DNA of 64,000 bases from Octopus bimaculoides. Taxonomy: Eukaryota. Position numbers and translations under genes: made by a program. The stretch spans positions 28,287,823 to 28,351,822 of the forward strand of contig NC_069000.1 of assembly GCF_001194135.2 (NCBI RefSeq). Reading direction: 5' to 3'. Every line of letters starts with the position of its first letter. Positions within the stretch are counted from its first letter, which is position 1. Positions 50,101-60,141 of the stretch are shown in pieces. Under the pieces are notes generated by a model that saw only the letters and a list, made by a program, of their open reading frames with translations, had not been told where the DNA came from and did not search any database.

Positions 50101-51830
50101 CCATATTGTTCATGAAGCAGAGATCCAGAATGTTATTCACTCTAGTTGGTCTGAGAACAGCTTGCTCCATGAATAGGGCATTGGTGAGGTTGAGCAGGGA
50201 CTCCACCTGTGCTTGCTTGCGATGAGTCATTCCTGAGAGTATGAGACCTTTGGGCCATTTGACGTTGGGGAAGTTGAAATCACCCATAAGAAATATGGTC
50301 ACGTGGTGTTCCAGTTTCATGAGGATTTCTTTAATTCTAGTGAGGCAATCTTCAAATTTGCCTATGNNNNNNNNNNNNNNNNNNNNNNNNNNNNNNNNNN
50401 NNNNNNNNNNNNNNNNNNNNNNNNNNNNNNNNNNNNNNNNNNNNNNNNNNNNNNNNNNNNNNNNNNNNNNNNNNNNNNNNNNNNNNNNNNNNNNNNNNNN
50501 NNNNNNNNNNNNNNNNNNNNNNNNNNNNNNNNNNNNNNNNNNNNNNNNNNNNNNNNNNNNNNNNNNNNNNNNNNNNNNNNNNNNNNNNNNNNNNNNNNNN
50601 NNNNNNNNNNNNNNNNNNNNNNNNNNNNNNNNNNNNNNNNNNNNNNNNNNNNNNNNNNNNNNNNNNNNNNNNNNNNNNNNNNNNNNNNNNNNNNNNNNNN
50701 NNNNNNNNNNNNNNNNNNNNNNNNNNNNNNNNNNNNNNNNNNNNNNNNNNNNNNNNNNNNNNNNNNNNNNNNNNNNNNNNNNNNNNNNNNNNNNNNNNNN
50801 NNNNNNNNNNNNNNNNNNNNNNNNNNNNNNNNNNNNNNNNNNNNNNNNNNNNNNNNNNNNNNNNNNNNNNNNNNNNNNNNNNNNNNNNNNNNNNNNNNNN
50901 NNNNNNNNNNNNNNNNNNNNNNNNNNNNNNNNNNNNNNNNNNNNNNNNNNNNNNNNNNNNNNNNNNNNNNNNNNNNNNNNNNNNNNNNNNNNNNNNNNNN
51001 NNNNNNNNNNNNNNNNNNNNNNNNNNNNNNNNNNNNNNNNNNNNNNNNNNNNNNNNNNNNNNNNNNNNNNNNNNNNNNNNNNNNNNNNNNNNNNNNNNNN
51101 NNNNNNNNNNNNNNNNNNNNNNNNNNNNNNNNNNNNNNNNNNNNNNNNNNNNNNNNNNNNNNNNNNNNNNNNNNNNNNNGAGTGCCTTCCAAATTTCTTT
51201 TTTCCTGTAGGGTTTTGGATGGCATTGGATCCTCCTAGGGGTTTTCTGTTTTTTGTTTGGTGGATTGGGGTTTCGGTTTTGGTTGTTTCATTTTTGCATT
51301 TTCCTTTTCCTTCCTTTCCTTCTTTATGCTTGTGTTCCGTCCTTCCTTTTCTTGTGGTGGGAACTTTTTTCTCTGGTTGTCCAATGGGGTGAGGGCTCCT
51401 TTCCTTTGTAGGACCACTGGCACAGAGGGGCTTCTAGTTGCTGCTTCCTTGGCTTCACTATCCTTTTCTGCCTGGTCATTCACAGGGGTGGGTGATTCAT
51501 TCTCTTGAGGAGCCACTGGATCAAAGAGACTTCCGGGTGTTTTTTCCTTTTCATATTCTCCATCCTTATCAGCCTTTCCACAATGGCTTTCGATTATGAC
51601 ATCCAGGGTGTCAATCTGTGGTCTGATGAGCGTATAGGATCGGAGGAATTCATTCTTCTTCTGCTCTGTCTGATTAGTGGTTCTGTGAAAGCCATTGTTT
51701 TTCAGTGCAGCAGTGATGTTGTTTGGCGGATCGCCACTAGCAATCGTCCATGCTCGCAACAAAAGATTTAATTCTTTCTTCTCCCACTTTGGTGCCATCT
51801 TCGTTTTTTAAGCCCAGAAGGGGAGTAGAG
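47189..51830 (-). mobile_element. Near-full-length CR1-like LINE (ORF1 + APE-RT ORF2), frameshifted and partly in N gaps
   Basis: ORF1 start MAPKWEKKE at 51798. APE: FLMGDFNFPNVKW, NNILDLCF, LDHNII. RT: KNYRPISLTSH, YLDFAKAFDKVDH, SGVPQSTVLGPLLF, YADDTK; C-terminal LDYCSQLWSP, SLERRRERY. Confidence 0.92.
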
Positions 51831-53207
51831 GATAGAGAGGAAGTGAAAGATAGCGGGAGGTAGAAAAGAAGAAACACAGAAGGGGGAATAGGGAAAGAGA
51901 GAGGGAGATATGAAGGAAAGAGAGAGGGAGATATGAAGGAAATAGAGAGAGTGATATTAGGAAGAGAAGGGGGGTGATATGAGGAAGAGAGGAGTGATGT
52001 GAGGAAGAGTGGGGGTGATATGAGGAAGAGAGGGAGTATGGGGTGTTAGAGAGATAGAGGAAGGGGAGAGAAAGAGAGACAGAGTGAGAAGAGGAGGGGA
52101 AGAGAGTGACAGTGAAGGAAAGGAGGAGAAGAGAAAGAGAGACAGAGGAAAGGAGAGGATGAGAAGATAAAAAGAGACAGACTGAGGGGGAGACCGGAAA
52201 GGATGAAGGATGTGAGAGAAAGGGAGAAACGGAGTGAGAAGAGGGGGAAAATGAGAAGTATATGAGGGAGAGGGTGAGGTGACATGAGGAGAGGAAGATG
52301 TTGTGAGATGGAAAGGAAAGGAAAGAGAACTGAAAAAAGAGGAAGGTATGAAAGTGAAGGAGAGAAATGAGAAAAAGAGTAAGATATGGAAGAGAGATAC
52401 GTGTAAAGAGATAAAGGGAGAGGGAGAGGAAGCGGTAGTTATGAAAGAGAGAGTGGGAACAGGTAACAGAGATGTGTAGGAAAACGAAAAATGAAAATTT
52501 GTAATTCTAAATGAGATTTGTAATTCAAATAATTGTAAAGAGATAAAGTGAAAAAAAGAAACAATAGTGAAAAGAAAGTGGTTTCGTAATGGTTTCTATT
52601 TTTCAAAGAGAATCAAAGCTAAGTGGTCGCTGTAATAAAAGTTGAATGAAAATTATAGTGAGAATTCTCAGAAAGTAAACAAAGATTAAGTCATAACTCA
52701 AATGTTACTTAAGTTAAAAGAAAATAAACAAATGAAAAGGATACTTATTCATAAGAGGTAAAATTCCAAATCCTTGTTCTTCTACGAAGAAGTTTTCTTT
52801 CAAAAACAATTCTTTTTTTGTTTCTTACATTCGACTGCAAATAAAACTACGACTTGTAACCACGCAGTTATTGATGATACCTCTAGCTTGTGTCACCGAC
52901 TTTAATGTTCTATATTAAACTTTTAGTGTAATATATTACNNNNNNNNNNNNNNNNNNNNNNNNNNNNNNNNNNNNNNNNNNNNNNNNNNNNNNNNNNNNN
53001 NNNNNNNNNNNNNNNNNNNNNNNNNNNNNNNNNNNNNNNNNNNNNNNNNNNNNNNNNNNNNNNNNNNNNNNNNNNNNNNNNNNNNNNNNNNNNNNNNNNN
53101 NNNNNNNNNNNNNNNNNNNNNNNNNNNNNNNNNNNNNNNNNNNNNNNNNNNAAAAGACAACAAAAGAAAGAAAGAGACCTCGATATTATGTAAATAGAGG
53201 AATTTAT

Positions 53208-53714
53208 CTGTAAAAATATGTGACAATTATTTGGTAGCCATGTTAAAACTCCGAGTTTCGGATGCCAAAGCAGAAACCCATGCCGCCATCTCTTCAGTTA
53301 TCTGGCCATTGAAAATTCCTATGAAAATGACCGTTAAACAAAGGGAAATTACCAATTACAAATATATATATATGCGTGCGTATGTGTATATATTTGGCGA
53401 ATGTGTGGGTGAGCATGTGTGTGTTTCAAGCGAGGGTGGATGAGTATATACATATAGGCGCATGTACGGATTGGTGCGCTTACGTGAATACTATGGACTT
53501 TTTTACTCCCTCCCCTTACTTAGCGGTCATTCTAATAGCTCTTTTATCTTAATAACGGTCAACCACGCAGTAATTTCACTTTGTTTAATGATCATTTTCA
53601 AAGGAATTTTCAATGCCCAGATAACTGAAGAGATGGCGGCATGGGTTTCCGCCCCGGCATCCGAAACTTGGAGTTTTATCATGGCTACCGAATAATTGTC
53701 AAATATTTTTACAG
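53208..53714. repeat. Foldback element with ~145-bp arms, each containing a hammerhead-like motif
   Basis: 53208-53352 is the reverse complement of 53570-53714 (ctgtaaaa...ttttacag). HHR-like motifs at 53236-53307 (minus) and 53615-53686 (plus). Confidence 0.92.
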
Positions 53715-53762
<48 letters not shown>

Positions 53763-53764
<2 letters not shown>

Positions 53765-53900
53765 TAGCAGTATAGCCCGGCACTGCCCGGGATTAAGCTA
53801 GGATTATTAAGTGTTCAAGTGCTTTATTTCAAACCAAAATAAGTAACATTAACATCAGATTTGAGCGAAATCCGTTGAAATTGGTTTGGCTGAAAATGGT
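53763..53900 (+). mobile_element. Possible Helitron/Helentron non-autonomous element 5' end
   Basis: actagcagtatagcccggcactgcccggg: CTAG start followed by a short GC-rich subterminal palindrome (cccgg/ccggg). Confidence 0.35.
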
Positions 53901-54799
53901 TTGCTGGCAATTTGATTGGGAAATCCCATAAGGAATCAGTTTATTGGTTATTTCCACTCATTGACTGTTTTTTTTTTTTAAAGTTGCATTAGAGATTTGC
54001 ATACTATTACTCGCTATTACCCAATGATCAACTCACATAAGGTTAGATTTGGGTTTTCTAATACTAAAAATTTGTTACAGATTATTTCTTCCCATAATTT
54101 CAGGTTTTTAGATTCATATCTAGACAGCCATCCCAGTTATGATGATAATAATAGTAATGTTCATATCAATAACAATAATAATTACTCCAATAATTTAACA
54201 CACACATATGATGGCAATAGTCATTTAGGTATTAATATTGGTAGTATGTACAATATTAGCAAACATAACAATATCGGTAGCAATAATATGATTAGCATCT
54301 CAGAATTAAATCCTAATAGAATTAAGTTTTTAAGTGCGAATGCCAAGACCAAGAATGTGGTTTATCAATGCAAGGTAATGTCTCACGCTGATGTCTCGTT
54401 TTACGTAGATAGCTCATCGACGCAGGTCTCAAAGAGAATATCAAACCATTCTTCATTTAGGGATAGGAATAAAGCTAACACCACCGGCCTAAGTAAATTT
54501 AGTTGGGAACTGAAAGATTGCAATAAGCAATTCTCTTTGGAATGGTCTATACTGGCTACTTCAGTTCCCTACGACAAAGGTAAGGATTTTTGTCCTCTTT
54601 GTAACTTGGGGCTTTTCCATATTCTGTTCTCCAAGAATCGCCGAGTTAACCAGATAACACAGAGAGCGTATCGATGTCAGCACTGGCAGAGACATACCTT
54701 CATTTATTATCATTAATTCCATTCTTCCAACTAGTTTAAGGTTTTAGGTATTATTTTTTTATCCCCCCTCCCCCTTTTTTTTACCAAATGTCCTCTGAA

Positions 54800-55460
54800 T
54801 AATATCTTTTAATATAGTCTTAAATAATGTCTATTTCTGCATCCATCTCCACTTGTCTTTTATTTTCCCCTTCTATAGTTGGTTAAGTAATTCCTTCCCA
54901 GTAATGCTACACGAGTTGTTCTTGTACCACTAGTAACTTTAACTAAATATACCCGATCTTCTCCTCGTAAGCATGTATATTGTTGTTATTATTATTTCTC
55001 AACAAAATATCTTGTACCTTGTTCTACCACTGACTTGCGTTAACATCCGTATATTAATATATTACAAGGCAATGATGTTTCATTTATCATGTTTACATTC
55101 TTTGCTTCAAATCAGTATGTTATTAATTTTAATATTTTTAATATAATCTTAAACAATATCTATTACTGCCCCCATCGCCACTTGTCCTTTATTTTCCCCT
55201 TCTATATTTGGTTAAGTAAATTCTTCCTAGTAATGCCACATTGGTTGTGTTTGTACCATTAGTAACTTTAACTAAATATTCCCGATCTTCTTGTAAGCTT
55301 GTATATCATCATTATTATTATTTCTAAATATCCTGTACCTTGTTTTACCATTAATTTGCGTTAATATCTGTATATTAATATAATATAATTACAAGGCTAT
55401 GATGCTTTATTTATTTTTTTATATTTACATTCTTTGCCTTATATTAGTATGTTATTATTT
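54800..55460. repeat. Diverged tandem duplication (~330-bp unit x2) in the PLE 3' region
   Basis: ccacttgtcttttattttccccttctata..ggttaagtaa..gtaactttaactaaatat..ccgatcttct occurs at ~54850 and ~55180. Confidence 0.85.
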
Positions 55461-55760
55461 ATTTCCTTAAGGAGAAATTTTTTTATATATCATGAACTCT
55501 CTTGATTCTCTCCCTTCCTCCACATTTGAATTAGCTTATAGTTTACGGCTTCAGTTTACTTTACTGTGACCCATTTTGCCCTCTTCCCCACCATTTTAAT
55601 AATTTAATTTAAACCTTTAGTATAGCGTTTACAGAGCCCCCTCCCATTATAACTCTATGTAAACCAGCGTTCTTACTTCTAACGGTCACTTACATGGCCA
55701 TATAATATTATAACTCGTACGTAACCTTATCATTTCGCATTTGTCTTGCTTCTATATGTT

Positions 55761-55851
55761 GGTTCCCTGACGATCAATATATGTGGAATTCCAGCAGCTC
55801 TTATTTCTTAGGAGGAGAGCACACATATATTTTGAAACATGTGTAGGAATT
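55761..55851 (+). ncRNA. Type I hammerhead ribozyme, stem II base degraded
   Basis: ggttcc CTGACGA tc aatatatgtg [..] cacatatatt tt GAAA c atgt g t a ggaatt. Core intact with a GUA site, but the first two stem II pairs are mismatched. Confidence 0.75.
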
Positions 55852-56046
55852 AAAGGAACTTTTATTTATATGTGTTTTGCTCCATTTATTGTTATTATTC
55901 ATATCTACTCAAAATGCATCGCTTTAACTTGGTATCTCTACCTATAAAACAGGTGTGATATCCTGTTTTTTTTGTGTGATTTTTGCTACCCATGGTAACT
56001 ATTAACATATTTACATTGTCAAGGTTTTTTTTAAACTGAGATAATA

Positions 56047-56094
<48 letters not shown>

Positions 56095-56095
<1 letters not shown>

Positions 56096-56856
56096 TAGGG
56101 TAATTCCAAAAGTAAGGACTCCAAAAATACTTAGAAACGACAGAAATGCTTATTGTCTGCAGTGTTTATAGCATTTGAAATTTGAACATTTTCCATTTTT
56201 CTAGATAATCGCCATTTCAGTCGTTGCATTTTTGTTAGTGCTGGGGCAGTTTTTGTATGCTCATGTCATACCAGCTCACCATCATGTTGTTGAGGAAACG
56301 TTGAACCTCATCTTGCACCTCATTGTCGTTGCTGAAGCATGTTCTGGCCAAATGTTCTTTTAGCTTATGTAACTGGTGGTAGTCACTATGTGTGAAGTCT
56401 GGACTATAAGGTGGGTTGCAATCTATGGTCTTGTGTGAGGATTTGTGGGATCCATGTTGCGCACACCTTCTGGTATTGCAACTTTTCACTTAAAACCCTA
56501 TGAACAGTGCTTTGGGAAACCTCTGGAACCAAAATACAGAGGTCATCCAGACTGATCTACTGATTTTCACATGGAATTTGCTCAACCTTTGCGAATGTCT
56601 TGTTGGAAGTTGATGGTTGCCCACTTCTTTCTTCGTCATGAATTTCAGTATGACCAGTTGCAAACTCCCTACTCCACTTGTAGCCATTTTTTTATATCGA
56701 TGCACAACTTGCCACACACCTCTGTTAATTGGCGAATTTCAATTGGTCTAATGGCTATTGCGTTCAAAAACTGAATAACTGCATGAACTTCAGACTTGGT
56801 GGTAGCGTCAATCGAGAGCTCCATCAGATAGGAAACCTTACTTTTGGTAATACCCT

Positions 56857-56858
<2 letters not shown>
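56095..56858 (-). mobile_element. Internally deleted mariner element
   Basis: TIRs agggtaattccaaaagtaagg / ccttacttttggtaatacccttg+TA; PPYSPDFTHSDYHQLHKLKEHLA..FSNDNEVQDEVQRFL (YSPDLAPSDY-type motif). Confidence 0.85.
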
Positions 56859-56894
<36 letters not shown>

Positions 56895-56899
56895 TGTAT

Positions 56900-57991
56900 A
56901 TAAAGAATATGAGTGGTTTAGCACACTAGTGATCTGAACGAATAGGTACACTGGGTAAGTGCTACAGTTCGCTGACCATTAGGTTTGAAGATCAGAACTA
57001 AGGCTGGATCTAGGGATCCGTGTTAGGGTTCCATGATAGCATATATATGTTATATTGACGGAAAAATAAAATTAAAGCAGAATGTGTATCTCAAGTCATT
57101 TAGAATAATTTATTTAGGTTAAGGTGAATTTGAAGTCTTTCAGCTGTTTCTAGGATTACCCAAGTGGTTGGTTAGCATATCCGTGCACTGGGTATTCTGC
57201 CATGAGGGACAAGGTATGAATATTTTAGACAGGGAAAATTTACAGTTTCTAAGGAAGAAAATAGAGGAATAAAGTGGTAAAATAGAAGAATAAAGAGTAA
57301 AAGTAGTTAGAAGAATATAGGAAGGAGAATAATGTTCACAACTCATCTTTTTCAAGAGGATATATTGGTCGCTACTTCCATGAAGGTACGGGTTTTTAGC
57401 TAAAATCCCAGGTAAATCCAGGCAATATTTAGGCAGTGTACTGACTGATGTATTCATATCGTAAAGGTGTATATAGAGCGAGAATGTATGATGGACATAG
57501 ATGGGTTTTGTGAGTGGTTGTATGAGAGAGAGAGATGACAGATATATCCTAAATGGGCTTTGTGAGTGAGTGTGTATGAGAGAGTAGAAAGGGAACAAAA
57601 ATTAAATAAGAGAGGTAATGGTAAAGAATAAGATGAAAGATAAATAAATAAAAATAAAGGTAACAATATATGTCAGTATTGTATGGGGGTTAGGGGTCAA
57701 TTGTTTAAGTTTTAGTAGAAATGGGGTGGAAGGCCAATCTAGGTAAGGTTATAAGAACAGTAGTTTAGTACAGATATTTAAAATTGTATTCCAAGTTTCA
57801 TCGACATTAAATAATATGAGGTAAAGGATTAAGAATTAAACCTAAAATTGAAAATTTAAATTTAAAATCTAAACTTAAAATTACAAACTAAGAAAACTAA
57901 AGTAAAAAAGAACTATAAAAATCAAAAATGATTGAGTTGAAATTAGCTAGTTACTGAGATAGTTATGTTGATAGAGGAAAAAAAGGAGTGT

Positions 57992-58034
<43 letters not shown>

Positions 58035-58830
58035 CATACATACATATACAGACATACATATGTACACACATATGTACATAAGCATACATATAAGGTACGC
58101 ACCTATACACACAAACACATATATACATACGTACACACACACACACACATATATACATACATATATATACATACATACACACACACATATATACATACAT
58201 ATATACATATATATATATGTATATTTATTTTAATGACCGTGGATGGATGTATTATACATGTTGATTTTGTGTGCATTTGGATCTATGGAAGAATTTAAAG
58301 GTGTGATAGAACCTATGACAACATGTAGAAAAAGCATAGTCCACAAGTGGATCACTGGCCTTGGTGTGGGACCCTGGAATCTATTATGGTACCTTTCTAT
58401 TTATTAGATGGTGTATATGGTTGGCTAGGGAGGTAGATTTGCTATGCTCCTCATACTTAAATGAATTTATATGTGCAGAATATCCCTGTTTAAAATTAAT
58501 AGTAGATCTGACATAGTAGTTAATAGAATTATGCGATATACTGTGGTCCGTGCATTTGTATACTATGTTAAATCTGCAGTGGGCTTGCAACAGGCATACG
58601 GTCACGGATTGGCAGTTGCATTTATCTGTCCTCTGAGTGTTATTAGTGGAAAGAGAAGATACAGTACTATTTATAGAGAAATTAGAATTAAGGGTATTCT
58701 TAGGGGATTGGCAAGTATCATAATTATTGTTGTTACTATTATTATCATTAGTAGTAGTGATTTTATTATCACTATCAATAACCCTAGCAATAGTAGTGAT
58801 TTAGTGGAAAATAATTGAAAAATCCACATT
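56900..58830 (-). mobile_element. Penelope-like GIY-YIG remnant with 3' region (second family)
   Basis: KCNCQSVTVCLLQAHCRFNIVYKCT..NYYVRSTINFKQGYSAHINSFK..STSLANHIHHL. Decayed HHR at 57135-57210 (gtcc ctcatgg..aatacccag/cttgggtaatc..GAAACAGCTG aaagac). Confidence 0.72.
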
Positions 58831-59162
58831 TTAAGTTAATGGATCAAATAAATGTAAGCTATGTTTAGCTGAAAGAGCTCAAATCCTTTTCAGATCTAAC
58901 ATCCCTAACTCACCACTAAACTCTAGGTCTGTAGTTTTCAGCATTGTAAACATATGTTTAAGTACATTTTGAAGAAATGGAAAATTCTGCCTATACCTTA
59001 TTAACATATCTTTCTATCCTTATAATTTAAGGTCTAAGGAGGGTAACTCTTTTACCTTTATTACTTTTTACCTTCCATTTTTTAACCTTTCATATTTCCT
59101 ATATGCTTCTGTCTCAACTTTTTGCTTTTCTTCTCTCATTCAGTTTTTAGTTTATGTGGTTT

Positions 59163-59217
59163 GTGCCTGATGAATATGTTTGAGGTATTTCTCAACATAT
59201 GAAACTATTAGTAGTAC
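59163..59217 (+). ncRNA. Type I hammerhead ribozyme, apparently intact
   Basis: gtgc CTGATGA atatgtt t gag gtattt ctc aacatat GAAA c t att a g t a gtac. Stem I 4 bp (one GU), stem II 7+3 bp, stem III 3 bp, GUA site; predicted cut after 59213. Confidence 0.8.
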
Positions 59218-59314
59218 TTAAAAACATGTGTCTATTAAATGATATTTATCTCTCACCAGATGGAATACTTTTTTTGTTGATCTTAACATCACGGAACAGT
59301 ATGTTGTACACACA

Positions 59315-60141
59315 CACAATGTTCAGATTAAATTTGGTGATTTGTCATGTCTCTTTTTTTTTTAGGAATAACAATATTTGACAACATAAAGAATTAAGTT
59401 GTAGTTAAGAAAACATTAGCTGACATAAAAGAGTGGAAACCATCTGAATATTGGAAAAGAGTTACCTATATTATGGTGATTTGCTCTGAATTTCAAAATT
59501 TTGATATCATGACTGTTCTGAGAACACTCTAAAAGGCTATAAGATGTGACTTTAGCATCATGAAAACCAAGTTCCCTCAAACTGTGATGATCTTTGGGTA
59601 TGTTTCCAGCCATGCTACCTCACACTTTTGAACAGGGCCTTAGGCTCAATTCAGACAGTTCTGTGAAACTGCTGGAGACTAGTCAATCCCTGGTTGGATA
59701 GGGTTGCTACAGGAAGGCCATATGTGTGGCAGCAAGATTTAGCTCTTTGCCAAGAGAATCGGAAGTGGTTGTCAGAGAACTTCTATGACTTCACCAACCC
59801 CCAATTTCTGTCCTCCTAATTCCCCTGCTTGTAATCCCATGGATTGCCATGTGTGGAGATGGTTGAGAAAGACACCAGCCACTCTGCCTGCAATACCAAG
59901 GCCAAGCTGGTGGCCAAAATCAAGGAGGTGTTCAAAGATATTCCTAGGGACACATTGAAGAATGTATGTGCCAAGTTCCAGAGCCACCTTGAGGCTGTGC
60001 TGGTAGCTGAAGGTGCCTACTTTGAGTAAACTGTTGTCTCCCAGCCATAATTTAGTTGATACTTTTTGATTTTTTAAAATATTTTTTTTGATGTTTGCTT
60101 TTTTCTTTTGCGCAAACTGTCAAATTTAGCTCTAACACTCT
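59315..60141 (+). mobile_element. Internally deleted maT-like (DD37D family) element
   Basis: MKTKFPQTVMIFG..HTFEQGLRLNSD..PWLDRVATGRPYVWQQD..PPNSPACNPMD..VEKDTSHSACNTKAKLVAKIKEVF..CAKFQSHLEAVLVAEGAYFE*. Confidence 0.8.

Larger units (their letters stand above)
53950..55900 (+). mobile_element. Penelope-like element 3' part (same family as 44400-47061, opposite strand)
   Basis: ORF 53997-54716: INSHKVRFGFSNTKNLLQIISSHN..NVVYQCKV..FYVDSSS..GLSKFSWELKD..CPLCNL. The post-HHR flank ggaattaaaggaacttttattta..ctccatttatt matches the minus copy. Confidence 0.85.

Noticed and set aside
51840-52500. GA-rich block as the missing K/E-rich RALBP1 exon
   Set aside because: Low-complexity sequence with frequent stops and no splice signals; more likely the LINE 5' flank or a simple repeat.
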